Positions 39,908 through 50,844 are shown, counted from the first letter of the stretch. The stretch: 64,000 bases of DNA from Candidatus Latescibacterota bacterium (GCA_965226795.1 CBDDDZ010000002.1:608001-672000); one strand, 5' to 3'. The notes: generated by a model not told the origin, from the sequence alone. Numbers and translations: made by a program.

Positions 39908-40678
39908 ATGAACGCGGACAGAACCTCGGAATCGGGTACGGTCCGAGAAAGCGGTATCGAACTGAATCAGACCTGGGATATGGGACGGCTGGTCGATCTG
40001 ACGTGCGATTACTTCAACGGGATGCCCGTGGATATGACGGGAACGCTGCCGTCGTTCCGGATGCGGGAACTGGACGAAGAAATGGAGGCCCTGTGCAGGG
40101 GCCGTGAGTACCGCAGTTACACCCAGGAAGTCCGGATGTGCGTTCAGGCCGGCAACTATCTGGAGACGGGGGCGCATCTCTATCCGGAATTGGAGTCGGT
40201 TGCCGATATCGGCCTGGAACGGCTGTTTGTTTCAGCGGTGGTGATGCAACTTCCCAGAGGGAAAGATGAAAAGGTAACCGCCGCCGACCTGGATCGCGCA
40301 CTGGCGAGTCTTGGAGAGACGATCCATCCGGGGGATGCGATCCTGGTCGCCACGGGTTACAATCGGCTTGGCAGCAACGACATTGGCTGCGACCTAACGC
40401 CTCATTTCAGCTACGACGCGATTGACTGGGCGGTGACTCGAAGGCCTTCGATTCTGGCGTCGGACATGGCCAGTTGGCACGACGGAGAGGAAGAACCGAG
40501 TTTCTGGCCCATGCTCATGAGGTCCGGCGTACTGGTGATCGGGTCGCTGTTGAACGTGGCGGATATTACCGCAACCCGCATCCAATTGATCGCCCTGCCG
40601 ATGAAGATCCGCGGGGCTTGCGCGTCTCCGTGCCGGCTGATCGCCGTCCTACCGTCTCGCGGCGCAGACACAGACTGA
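39908..40678 (+). CDS. Cyclase (kynurenine formamidase-like) family protein
   Basis: LVDLT, GNYLETGAHL at the position of the HxGTHxDAPxH motif, PGDAILVATG, ALPMKIRGACASPCR. Confidence 0.8.
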   Translation: MNADRTSESGTVRESGIELNQTWDMGRLVDLTCDYFNGMPVDMTGTLPSFRMRELDEEMEALCRGREYRSYTQEVRMCVQAGNYLETGAHLYPELESVADIGLERLFVSAVVMQLPRGKDEKVTAADLDRALASLGETIHPGDAILVATGYNRLGSNDIGCDLTPHFSYDAIDWAVTRRPSILASDMASWHDGEEEPSFWPMLMRSGVLVIGSLLNVADITATRIQLIALPMKIRGACASPCRLIAVLPSRGADTD

Positions 40679-40740
40679 AAACGCCGCACCGCGGTGAAAG
40701 CCGCAACGGCAAACTGACGTCCAGAATTGAGGGTATTACA

Positions 40741-41871
40741 ATGAAGATTGAACGAATTTCTACCCATCGGCTCCGGGAATGCGAAATCAGTATGGAGAAG
40801 TGGACGCATTTCACGAAATGGAAGGCCAGCGAGGACTGGATTGAGGACGAAGTCTTCGGCAAGAAGTGGATTTCTCCCACCTGCGTGTGCTACAATCCGA
40901 CCGACGGCCTGGTCTACGTGGGGCTGACCGCGCTCGACAGGGACATTTTTTACACATTCGACCCCGCGACGCATACGTGGGAATCGCTGAATTATCCCGG
41001 TGAACGGGACCGGTACGGCAGCAAGATCCACCAGGGCCTGGAGGTGGATGATGAGGGCCGCGTGTACGCGGGTGTCGCCACGCTGGGCGACGCGGATATC
41101 TGGCCCAAGGCCACTGGCGGCCCGATCTTTCGTTACGATCCCGGGACCAGGGAGTACGAGTTTCTGTGCATCCCGATCGAGCACGACTACGTTCAGGGAT
41201 TCGTGATGGACCGCCGGCGCGGCATTATCTACGGGGATACATTTCCCGGAAGAAAGATGTTCCGATACGATATCGGAAGCGGTGCCGCGCGGGAGTTGAC
41301 CATGCTGGGTGACGTTTCCACCGAGCATCTGGCGCTGGATGCGGACGGCGGCGCCTGGCATACGTACGAACTGATGCAGTGGGCGGGACGGTATCCGCTC
41401 CTGCGCTACGACCCGGACCGGGATGAGATCGACTTTACGAACGTGGACCTTCCCGACGTCGGGCCTGGAAAACCGGGTTCCAACCAGATGGATACCGCGC
41501 TGCTGACGGAAGATGGGACGCTGTACATTGGCACGACCGCCGGGGCGCTGGTGCGGTTGGACCACAGGGGTCCGGGGGTGAGGGTGACGTATCTGGGAAA
41601 ACCCTATGTCGCGCCGCGCATGAAGGGATTGATCGAGGGTCCCGACGGACTGATCTACGGAGTCAGCGGGGGCGACTACGATACGCACTTTTTCACGTAC
41701 GACCGCGGGACGGGTCTCTTCAACGACCTGGGGCCGATCCGGGATACGCAGGACGGGACGCGGTGCTGGCTGGCGCACCATATGTGTATGGTGGACGCCA
41801 GAACATTCATCGTGGCCGAATCGGATAACCATTCAAGGGCGAGTTTCCTGTTCAAAGTGGAGTTGGCTTAG
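40741..41871 (+). CDS. Hypothetical beta-propeller protein
   Basis: Repeated DG.VY.G and (F/Y)DP.T...E.L units. Confidence 0.65.
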   Translation: MKIERISTHRLRECEISMEKWTHFTKWKASEDWIEDEVFGKKWISPTCVCYNPTDGLVYVGLTALDRDIFYTFDPATHTWESLNYPGERDRYGSKIHQGLEVDDEGRVYAGVATLGDADIWPKATGGPIFRYDPGTREYEFLCIPIEHDYVQGFVMDRRRGIIYGDTFPGRKMFRYDIGSGAARELTMLGDVSTEHLALDADGGAWHTYELMQWAGRYPLLRYDPDRDEIDFTNVDLPDVGPGKPGSNQMDTALLTEDGTLYIGTTAGALVRLDHRGPGVRVTYLGKPYVAPRMKGLIEGPDGLIYGVSGGDYDTHFFTYDRGTGLFNDLGPIRDTQDGTRCWLAHHMCMVDARTFIVAESDNHSRASFLFKVELA

Positions 41872-41946
41872 CCGCTGAATAGAACGAAACGCCTACCAGT
41901 GCCTGGATCGATTTCAGCGCGTATTGACCCGGATAGAGGGAATCGG

Positions 41947-42215
41947 ATGGCCCTGATTGCGATCGGTGGATTCCCGGGCGCCGGGAAGACGACGATATGC
42001 GGGAGACTTTCGCTAGAGTTCAATCTACCCTGCCTGAGTTCCGATATCATCGGTCGCGCGATTGAGAGGTCGCCTGGAATCAAGGCCAGCCGAATTGACG
42101 CGTGCCGGGTTGCGTACGACGTCCTTTTTTGCCTGTGCGAAGAGTTCATCCAGTCCTCTGCGAGCGTGATTCTCGACCTGACCCTGGGATGGGATTTCCA
42201 ATGGCGGAAAGTTGA
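41947..42215 (+). pseudogene. Truncated AAA/P-loop kinase-like protein
   Basis: GFPGAGKTT and SVILD; after QWRKVD the frame runs into antisense rimK sequence. Confidence 0.7.
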
Positions 42216-42528
42216 TCTTGGCGCCCCGAAAAGCCTCGAATACGTTCTTTGCCGACGACATGGTATTACTGAGAATGACGCCAATTCCCTGAGTGCCTTC
42301 CAGCAGTTTAATCACGACCGGAGGACCATTCACCATCTTGATCATTTCCTCCGCCTGTCTCGCTGAATTTGCGAATCCCGTAACGGGCAAGCCGATCCCC
42401 TCACGAGAAAGGAGCTGCAGACATCGAAGTTTGTCCCTGGCCCGTCCGATGGCCACGGACTCGTTGAGGGGCCATACCCCCATCATTTCGAATTGGCGCA
42501 ACACCGCAAGTCCATAAAAGGTAATCGA
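42205..42528 (-). pseudogene. rimK: Internal fragment of alpha-L-glutamate ligase RimK
   Basis: [50 protein letters not shown]...[13 protein letters not shown]; both N- and C-termini are missing. Confidence 0.9.
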
Positions 42529-42881
42529 CCGGCCACGTGTCGGCGCCGATGGTCAAGTCTGTCGAGATAACGAACCGTCGTTCGCGTGAGCCGCCTGAAT
42601 TGGTCACCCACCGACGGTCCGTAATCGGTGCCGCACAGCAGACAGCTTTTTTGTTGTTGCGCTGCACGGGATAGACGCGAAACCTGACCCAGGATTGTCC
42701 ACGATCTTCGTACGTCTCGATGTCCCAGGCGTGGAGCAACCGACGTCTTTGCGCCGGTATCGAGCTTCGCCCTAATGGAAACAATCCCGAGCGAGGGAAG
42801 GGACGCCCACTCGCGCCATCCACAAATCCGCTGATCCGTGCCGCCCGAAATTCGCGTTCCGTTTTGTTTTTTTCGAACCAT
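42528..42881 (-). pseudogene. RimK-associated aspartyl/zinc-protease-like protein, frameshifted and truncated
   Basis: [11 protein letters not shown]...[12 protein letters not shown], frameshift at ~42740, then LHAWDI...WVRF...VTNSGG.RERRFVI.T; fused by deletion to the rimK fragment. Confidence 0.85.
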
Positions 42882-43022
42882 TGTCTGATCTAACTGTTCG
42901 TGGGTCCCGTGATTACGTTCGCCAATCCCAGCCTGCGCATCGGGTCGGCATCGGATTCTCGCCTGCCATCTGGAAAACACCCAAACGTCACGAACCGGGC
43001 GCCGTACCCTTCCGGCCGGAGA

Positions 43023-45289
43023 TCACTCGATCACTACCTTCTCGGTCGAGTGGACAAACAGTACGTCATTGGTGCCGTTGTAGCGCTTAAGCGCTTGCTC
43101 GATTTCATCTGGTTCGGCGTCTTCTATGGTCAGGCCGGCGATGACCAGATCGGCCTCGGAAGACCGGAGAGTAACCTCCTTCTCAAGCGTTTCGCCGTCC
43201 GCGCAGTGAACGGAAGTCACGTTCTGCCTGGATATCGGCAGCCTTCCCGCGGTCATCAGAGTCGAGAGCCTGTCTGTCTCGCGCTCAGCATCCCCGGAGT
43301 TGAAGCTCGCGAACAGCCTGATCTCGGCGCGTCTCCAATCGCGATGTCCGACAATAATGTAGGCCAATAGCAGCATCAGCGGCGCGTTCGCGAGATTCTC
43401 CTCGGTCACCCACAGGTGAATCGAAGACTTGTAACCGAATCGGTAGTTCGTTGACCGAAGTACGAGGACATTGAACATCGATTCCGCTGCGAGACGCATG
43501 CCTTGTACGGTCTCGTCAATCTCTTCCGGATGCTCCTTGTCGAATTCGAGCAACATGCAGTTGTTCGGCAGGCCGGAGATGCCCGGCATCTGAAGCGTCT
43601 GTGCAACAGCCAGTTCGAATGTCGGACAAATCAGTGAATCTACGAAAATGCCCGCCCTGCTAACGTCGGTTCGCTCGATCAGTTTATTCACGTGGGTCCG
43701 GGCTTCAGTCTCGCCATCAAAGGAATATTCTCCTTGATAGTACTGGACAAAGTGCCCGAATCCATGCCGGTGGCTGATCCACCGCATCAGGTCGAAGTGC
43801 CCCAGGCGGCGTTCGCCGAAGCGGGTCACGGCGACAATTGAGGGCCGCCAGCCTCCATCGTATTTCTCCACCTGGCTCTTCTGCAGCGTGATCTGAAGCC
43901 GGCGGGTCAATTGGAACATCGTTCCCTGGAAGATCGCCGTGAGACCGCGCTCATCCTTCCTTGTGCGTCTCAATCCGACGTAAATCACCGCCATAAGCAG
44001 GATCGCGATAATGGTATACATCAAGCTCATCTGGACCATCATCAGCGCGCACATTACCGCGCCAAGCAGAGACAGGTACCAGCGCGAATGGAACGTGGGT
44101 CGGTACGAGGGATTCCCCGCGAAATACTCCAGGAACGATACCAAACAGAGGGCGCCGTAAGTCACCATGAAAAACATACTGAGAATCTGCGCGATAAAGT
44201 CGATGTCTCCCAGAACGACGAAGGCGACCGCTACGGCGCCCGAAATGAAGGTTGCGTATACCGGCTCCTGCGCCCTGCCCCAGCCTTTCGCGAGCAGGCT
44301 GTTCAATTTCGGAATCGGCAGCACTTTGTCCCGGGCGAGCGCTTGAAGGGTTCTCGGTGCAACGATGATCGAGCCCAGTGCGGATGAAATGGCGGCCGCA
44401 CCCAACCCGATATAAATAGCGGGACCCCAGACCGCAATCTGCGCCATAATGAACTGGTCCGAGTTAAGCGCTTCCGGTATCGCGCTCTCAGCGAACTTGA
44501 TCGCTACCAGCGCGTACACGACCATGCCCGTGAAAGTCGCCGCGATTATCCCCATCGGGATGCTCCGCTGGGGATTCTTCAGGTCGCCGGAGAGTCCCAG
44601 ACCGGCAATCATGCCGGTGAAAGCCGGAAAGCACGTTGCAAAGACAACTCCGAACGCGTCTCCGCCTTCAATGCGGTCGGTCAGATGAAGCCCGTCCGGA
44701 CGGATCGATTCGGGACCCTGTCCCAGAAGGAATGCCAGAATGGATATCCCCAGAATCACGCTGACGACCCACAATGCCCTGACGCCCAGGGCGGCGCCCT
44801 TGGTGAGCATCAGTGCGATTAAAACAAACGTAAAGGGTACACTTACCCAGCGCGCATCCGGTGTGACTTCGTAGGTCGCTGCCGCCAACGCATAAACCGG
44901 CTGGAACGCCTCGGCGAATGCGACGAGGTAGAACGCCACCGATATGGCCTGCGAAAGATACAATGCGATTCCAATAGTACCGCCGATGCTGGTTCCGAAC
45001 GACCGGCTGATGATGTAATACGCCCCGCGCCTCCAGCCACGCGACGGTTTGTCGCTATTTCGGACACCGCCAGAACCGTGGGAATGGTCACCAGATGTCC
45101 CAGAACAATGACCATGAGGCTACCCCAAAGCCCGACGTTCGCGACGGCATATCCGAATCGAAGGAAGAGAATCGCCCCGAGAATCGTGCTGATTGATGCG
45201 AGAAAAACAGGAGCCGTGCCAAATCCATAGCCCGGTTGGGCAGATGTAGACGCTCCTGCTGAGGCCGGTTGAACCCGATTTTCTGCCAT
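43023..45289 (-). pseudogene. Cation-chloride cotransporter-like amino acid permease with a single frameshift
   Basis: N-terminal FGTAPVFLASISTILGAILFLRFG...SEIATN (frame of 44843..45415) continues as YYIISRSFG...FPAFTG..AG..LSGDLKNP (frame of 43023..44963). An extra GC at ~45027 breaks GGGAYY. Confidence 0.8.
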
Positions 45290-45688
45290 GCACGCCTCCT
45301 TATCGTAACGAAATTGCGCCTTCAAGTTTCGCCACTTACAGAATTGCCGTAAGCGAAAGCGGCGGTGATTGTGGAAGATTTTCCTAAACTCAAAGTTTAC
45401 AGAAATTTGCGGCACATGTCAACGCCATGCCGTGGAAGCCTTCGGACGAGGATCAGGAGACGCGCGGAGAAGGGGACGCTGGAATGACAAGCAACCGTGA
45501 CTCCCTTCCATACCCTCCTCACCGTCCGAGATGCACTGCAAATCTCGGAGGGAGGTTGCCTCGCCATGGATTGGCTCAAAGGCGAACCCGGAACCGGTCC
45601 GTCAGAAAATGAATCATCGCATGAAAAATCCCGTAGTCCGCAAAGGGGCCACGGGATCGACAATCCGGCCATCGTCATTCGACTCATA

Positions 45689-45900
45689 TTTTATGAGCTT
45701 AAGTCGCTTCAGGTCTGCTTCCGACCAACCTATGCTGTCGAGAATGCCTTTCAGGAATTCGGGGCCAAATGTCTTTCCGGAGTGATAGTCCATTACTATC
45801 CGCGCACCCTCCTGATAAAATGGCATGGTGGCGCTTCCGCTCTTTTCCTTTGCCCAACCATCCACCCTGAGAGCACGCATGTGCTTCTCGATCGAAATTC
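45689..45900 (-). pseudogene. HicA-like toxin remnant
   Basis: RALRVDGW...IVMDYHSGKTFGPEFLKGILDSIGWSEADLKRLKLIK resembles HicA-type proteins; no clear start, no stop at the expected end, no hicB nearby. Confidence 0.45.
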
Positions 45901-45906
45901 CCGGGC

Positions 45907-46452
45907 CTATTCCGACCAGAGTCTCTCGAATTGCAATCGTCCATCGCCGGCTTCTCTTAGACGAAAAACGTCCGGATTCGATAGAGACGCCCATCCATCG
46001 TAACCGAAATTGTCGTCCAGCGAGTTCAATACAATACTCAGCAGGTTCCCGTGGGTGACCGCAATCGGGAACCGGTGGTTGGCGTCAAACAGGTCGGATA
46101 CGGCTGCCCATCCACGGTCAAACGCTTCACGCCCCGACTCTCCTCCGGGTGCGCCCAACGTCCCGTCGCCAAAGGAATCGCGGAGTACCTCCCGCCAGTT
46201 GTCCATCGCTTGCGTCGACAGCCTGCGTTCGATCAGCCGGTGATCCAGTTGGATGTTCAATCCCATACGGAGAGCAAACGGTGCAATGCTCTGCTGCGCC
46301 CGGGCGGAGGTACTGGAGGCAATCATGTCAATCGGGTAGTCAGACAGAAAACCGGCGAGTCTTTCCGCCTGCTCTCGTCCGGTTTCCGTCAGCTCAGCCT
46401 CCGCTTCCTGCCCCGAAGATTGACAATGCCTGATCAGTAGCAACTGTCTCAC
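45907..46452 (-). CDS. Histidine phosphatase (phosphoglycerate mutase-like)
   Basis: LIRHC, LTETGREQA, RA.QS, GES, VTHG. Confidence 0.88.
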   Translation of the reverse strand: MRQLLLIRHCQSSGQEAEAELTETGREQAERLAGFLSDYPIDMIASSTSARAQQSIAPFALRMGLNIQLDHRLIERRLSTQAMDNWREVLRDSFGDGTLGAPGGESGREAFDRGWAAVSDLFDANHRFPIAVTHGNLLSIVLNSLDDNFGYDGWASLSNPDVFRLREAGDGRLQFERLWSE

Positions 46453-46593
46453 AATTCCTCCAATCTGAACCGAGCCATACGACTATCTCAGCATCTGTCT
46501 CGAAATTTCAAATTCCTCCGCCTGGCTCCCTCACGTTGATTCACTCTCGTGACGCAATTCTGGCGAAAGAATTGCCTCCCCGGATCGAAAGGC

Positions 46594-47085
46594 CTATCTT
46601 TGGCCGTCTCTTCCTTGTTGATTGAGAGATCGTTGGTAGAATTCAATACCGCGGAGGGCCACGCGGGCAATGTTTCGAAGCCGGTCGAGATTGTCCAGCG
46701 AAACCCATCTGGCTTCGGCGATTTCGGAATTGCCATCCAGGTGATCTGAAGTTATCCGACAAAGAAATAGGGTCACTGTGTCGCGCTTACCCTCCGCATC
46801 CGTCCGGTAATCGCCCAATCTTTCCGTGCAATACGGTGTGACAGACAATTCTTCCCTGATCTCCCGATCAATTGCGCGGTCCGGTGCTTCACGTTTCGGC
46901 CGATAGCCCCCGCCGGGAAGATTCCAGAGCATCGTGTTGCCGTATGTGTTTCGGATAAGCAGGACTTGCCGATCGTCATCCGGATGTGGAACTATTCCCT
47001 TCACACCGAACGTCTTTGGACTGAAAACCCTCCAATAGACTTTCGCGGTTTTCAGCAGGAACCTGCGAAAGCGAAAATCTTGCAT
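46594..47085 (-). CDS. NUDIX hydrolase
   Basis: WNLPGGG...E....AIDREIREE Nudix box. Confidence 0.88.
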   Translation of the reverse strand: MQDFRFRRFLLKTAKVYWRVFSPKTFGVKGIVPHPDDDRQVLLIRNTYGNTMLWNLPGGGYRPKREAPDRAIDREIREELSVTPYCTERLGDYRTDAEGKRDTVTLFLCRITSDHLDGNSEIAEARWVSLDNLDRLRNIARVALRGIEFYQRSLNQQGRDGQR

Positions 47086-47455
47086 TGCGAAAGACTCCGG
47101 TTCGATTACGACGTTAAATTCAGGAGTGCATTCAATTGAAATTGAGATGTTGTCAAGTCTAATCGAGAATTCGATTGAGTCCGGATAGTTGCCGGGTCGA
47201 GTAACGGCCGTAAAAGGTGTGAATGTCCACCCTTTATGGCTTCAGCAGGTCGAATCCGTCACAATGTCGTAGCGTACGAATAGAGACCCTGCTCAACCAG
47301 TTCCAGGCATTGTAGTTCTCCACACCTGCCGTATAACCAAGAAAAATATAAACACCATAGCAAATGTAGAGGCAAAGAAAATTGTGTATGAATTCCCGGA
47401 AGAGAATCTCCCCCACGACTCTTGAAATTAACGACCTTGACAATTGAGGCGTATT

Positions 47456-48310
47456 TTGAAGGCCGCCGATTCTACACTATACGTCTCCGATCTGGACGGC
47501 ACGCTACTGCGCAGCGATACGTCGCTGTCCCAGTACAGCAAGGATACCCTTAACTTTCTGTTGGATCAGGGTCTGCTCTTTACCGTGGCCAGCGCTCGCA
47601 GCATCGCCTCCATGCGTCGTTTGCTGGCCGGTCTGCGTCTCCGTTTGCCGGTGGTTGAATTCAACGGCGCCTTGGTCTCCGATCTGGCCAGCGGCCGGCA
47701 CTATCTTGTCCGCGAACTGCACCGCGATATCTTGCCCGGGTTGTGGCAACAGATAACCGGCGCCGGCCACCTGCCCTTCATCTCGACTTACGACGGCACG
47801 GCCGACCGTTGCTACTACCGCGATATCACCAATGACGGCATGGCCTGGTACGTGCGGAACAGGCGACTCAACCAGGATCCGCGCATGCGCTATCTAGCCG
47901 ACTTGCAGCGCGGCCTGGACGACCAGGTGGTCTGTCTCACCGTAATTGGACGGGGACCGGAACTGGAGAAATTGGCTGACGAGATGAACCATCGGCACGC
48001 CGGGCGGATCCAGACCCAATGTTACGAGAATCAGTCTTCGCCCGGCTGGCACTGGCTGACTATCCAGGATGCCCGCGCCACCAAAGAACACGGCATACTA
48101 TTCCTCAAGCGCATGAAAGACCTGGAAGACCGTCGTCTGATCGTCTTTGGCGACGAGGTAAACGACCTGGGAATGTTCAACGTGGCAGATGAGGCCCTGG
48201 CCGTGGCGAATGCCATTCCCGCCCTCAAGGAACGCGCCACCGGGATCATCGACACCAATGAAGCCGACGGCGTCGCCCGTTATATATCCGGACATTGGAG
48301 AGGTGAATAA
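47456..48310 (+). CDS. Cof-like HAD-IIB hydrolase
   Basis: SDLDGTLL, ASAR, NGA, TK, FGDEVNDLGMF; start may be 47444 or 47456. Confidence 0.92.
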   Translation: MKAADSTLYVSDLDGTLLRSDTSLSQYSKDTLNFLLDQGLLFTVASARSIASMRRLLAGLRLRLPVVEFNGALVSDLASGRHYLVRELHRDILPGLWQQITGAGHLPFISTYDGTADRCYYRDITNDGMAWYVRNRRLNQDPRMRYLADLQRGLDDQVVCLTVIGRGPELEKLADEMNHRHAGRIQTQCYENQSSPGWHWLTIQDARATKEHGILFLKRMKDLEDRRLIVFGDEVNDLGMFNVADEALAVANAIPALKERATGIIDTNEADGVARYISGHWRGE

Positions 48311-48506
48311 AAATAATGTAGTTGCATCGCCAATGAGAAAGCCATTGCGGGACGATTTGTATGCCAATGCCAGCGAATTTCCATTCGGTGAGCCGATGTA
48401 GCGGGGTAAAACATATCGACAATTTGGCGCTCCTGGCAATTCAAAAGAAGCATACATGTAAACTGGTCTGCTCGAACGGCGATTACTACAGCGGGAGCCC
48501 CGTGAT

Positions 48507-48575
48507 CTTCGCCGACCCTTCGCCGACCCTTCGACACCCTTCGACAAGCTCAGGGTAAAAGCTCAGGGGGCGGCA
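48507..48575 (+). repeat. CCCTTCGACAAGCTCAGGG-type repeat with tandem CCCTTCGCCGA units
   Basis: Same unit as 24098-24135 (CCCTTCGCCGACCCTTCGACAAGCTCAGGG). Confidence 0.75.
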
Positions 48576-48696
48576 GGGGGCAGGTCCCAGGGGCCACAGG
48601 CTTTTGGAGCGGCTTAGGGCACGGCTAAGGGTTCAGACTGTTTTTTGGGCTTTCCAGCGTGCCTGGTCTTACGGAAACCGCAAATGTCGAAATTTC

Positions 48697-48722
48697 AAAC
48701 GTCCCCGAAGTGGGGCGTTTTT
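48697..48722 (+). terminator. Candidate Rho-independent terminator
   Basis: AAACGTCCC-CGAAGT-GGGGCGTTTTT. Confidence 0.55.
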
Positions 48723-48804
48723 ATTTGCTAAAGCGGAGATTAAGGGTTATTTTTATTATAACTTATTCAGCGTATCGCCGGCCATCGTGATCGGGGAGAG
48801 TGAG

Positions 48805-49590
48805 GTGACGTTCTTAGAGGCGGCCCTCCTGGGATTGGTTCAGGGACTATCCGAGTTCCTGCCGGTAAGCAGTTCGGGGCATCTGGTGTTGGGGCAGGCC
48901 TTGCTGGGCGTACAGTCGGGCGACCTGGTGTTCGAGGTTATCGTCCACTTCGGTACCTTGCTGGCCGTGCTCACGGTACTCCGGGAACGGATTCAGCGGC
49001 TGGTAACCGGATGTATCCGGCGGGAAGCGGCGTCGTGGCGAATGGTGGTGCTGTTGCTGGTCGGCACGGTTCCGGCCGGCGCGGTGGGGATATTGTTCGA
49101 AGATTACCTGGAACTGGCGTTCCGCAGCCCCACGGCGGCGGCCGGTTGCCTGGTTGCAACGGGCGTGGTGTTGTGGAGTACCCGATTTGTCTCAGGCAGG
49201 AAGCCGGAAATAGGTGTTGGCGACGCCTTGTTGATCGGGCTGGCGCAGGCGCTTGCCATACTGCCCGGGATATCCCGCTCCGGTCTGACGATCAGCGCAG
49301 GATTGTGGTGGGGCGTTGAGGGCAGGGAGGCGGCGTCTTTTTCGTTCCTGCTGTCGATTCCCGTGATCCTGGGCGCAACCGCGTTGAAAGCGGGGGACCT
49401 GATTGCCGATCCTCCGGACTGGAAGGTCGTTGGGACCCTGCTTGTCGGTCTGGTTGCGGCTTTCGTTTCCGGTGTGGTGGCGATCCGTTGGCTGTTCACC
49501 CTGCTGCGGGGCGGCCGGCTGGATTGCTTTTCCTACTACTGCTGGGCGGTTGGGCTGGTGGCGTTGACATTACTCTGGTTGCGTTCTTGA
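48805..49590 (+). CDS. uppP: Undecaprenyl-diphosphate phosphatase
   Basis: LGLVQGLSEFLPVSSSGHL, HFGTLLAV, IGLAQALAILPGISRSGLTI, FSFLLSIP. Confidence 0.96.
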   Translation: MTFLEAALLGLVQGLSEFLPVSSSGHLVLGQALLGVQSGDLVFEVIVHFGTLLAVLTVLRERIQRLVTGCIRREAASWRMVVLLLVGTVPAGAVGILFEDYLELAFRSPTAAAGCLVATGVVLWSTRFVSGRKPEIGVGDALLIGLAQALAILPGISRSGLTISAGLWWGVEGREAASFSFLLSIPVILGATALKAGDLIADPPDWKVVGTLLVGLVAAFVSGVVAIRWLFTLLRGGRLDCFSYYCWAVGLVALTLLWLRS

Positions 49591-49601
49591 AAGGGCTTGT
49601 A

Positions 49602-49997
49602 ATGCGGATAAGGATGGTTTGCGCTGTTCTGATAGTCGTGTCGGGTTGCGGCGGGAAATCAAACGTACTGGACGCCGAAGATCTGTTGAACATGCTCTCC
49701 ATAACGAATCTGGCGGCGCAGCCGGTGTTGAATCAAGGCACCCCGCCCCTGATTGTCGCGGTGCGCATCGACGCGGATGTGGTCCACGTGGGCGCAGTTC
49801 CCATCGACGTGCCCTTTATCCTGACCTGGAGGCTGACCGACGACCAGAATACGACGGTGGGGCAGGCGTCGAAACAGTTTGACGCGCATATGGAGCCGGG
49901 CGCGGTTCGACATATGACGTTGACGGTGGAATTCGAAGCAAGGGAAAGTGTAGCCGGGCTCAGGAACGTGGCTACCTTCGATCCGGTTTCCTCGTAA
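49602..49997 (+). CDS. Hypothetical lipoprotein
   Basis: MRIRMVCAVLIVVSG-C lipobox-like signal. Confidence 0.6.
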   Translation: MRIRMVCAVLIVVSGCGGKSNVLDAEDLLNMLSITNLAAQPVLNQGTPPLIVAVRIDADVVHVGAVPIDVPFILTWRLTDDQNTTVGQASKQFDAHMEPGAVRHMTLTVEFEARESVAGLRNVATFDPVSS

Positions 49998-50112
49998 TCC
50001 AGAAATGGCTTGATCGCGTTTCGGAAATGTGGTATTTTCCGGTCCGTTATGTGGTTTGGATTATTCAGACGCCGGCATCGTTGCCGGGTTTTTTTCGTCC
50101 GGAAAGGAATGG

Positions 50113-50844
50113 ATGGAACTCTATATTATCCGGCATGGGCAGTCGGCAAACAACGCACTGGAAGAAGGAGGCCTGCGGGTGTGCGACCCTCCGCTGACCG
50201 ATATCGGCGAGGCGCAGGCCGACCGGCTGGCCCGTTACCTGACCGCGGCCGGCGATGGGGCAGATGGGATCCACACCGCGGGAATGCAGCAGAATTGCGC
50301 GGGTCTAGAATTCGACCGGATATTTTCGAGCCCGATGTTGCGTGCAATGCAGACGGCGGCGGCTGTTGGAATGGCGATGGGAATCCGGCCCGAAATCTGG
50401 ATCGATATCCACGAGGAGGGCGGGATCTGGCTGGATGAAGGCGACGGTCGGGGAGAGGTGGGGTACCCCGGCCTCACACGGAGCGAGATCGCGGCGCGGT
50501 TCCCTGATTTCGTGGTGCCCGATACCATCACGGATCAGGGTTGGTGGAACCGGCCGGCGGAGATCAAAGCTGAGTGGCGCGCACGGGCAATGAGGGTGGC
50601 ATCCCTACTGCACGAACGTTTTGCGGGCAATGAGGAGCGGATTGCGCTGGTGTGTCACGGCGGATTCGCCAACGACCTGCTCCATGCCGTGTTCAACGGG
50701 ATGCCGGACAGCGTTTATTTCGAGAACCCCAATACGGCAATCAGCCGTCTGGATTTCAATGGCGAGGGATGGGTGCAGGTCCGCTATCTGAGTCTCGTGG
50801 CTCATCTTACGCCGGAGCTGATCACTCCGGAGTTGATTGTGTAG
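50113..50844 (+). CDS. Histidine phosphatase family protein
   Basis: YIIRHGQS, DPPLTDIG.AQA, SSPMLRAMQTA, VCHGG, NTAISR. Confidence 0.92.
   Translation: MELYIIRHGQSANNALEEGGLRVCDPPLTDIGEAQADRLARYLTAAGDGADGIHTAGMQQNCAGLEFDRIFSSPMLRAMQTAAAVGMAMGIRPEIWIDIHEEGGIWLDEGDGRGEVGYPGLTRSEIAARFPDFVVPDTITDQGWWNRPAEIKAEWRARAMRVASLLHERFAGNEERIALVCHGGFANDLLHAVFNGMPDSVYFENPNTAISRLDFNGEGWVQVRYLSLVAHLTPELITPELIV

Noticed and set aside
39585..39911. ORFs in the long repeats (LLKRPKGTKSRRWA in 39674..40177 and 59775..60053)
   Set aside because: The shared peptide only reflects the DNA repeat; frames are not maintained across copies.
47234..47443. 69-aa AT-rich minus-strand ORF
   Set aside because: No recognisable motif or RBS; may be a remnant but cannot be supported.
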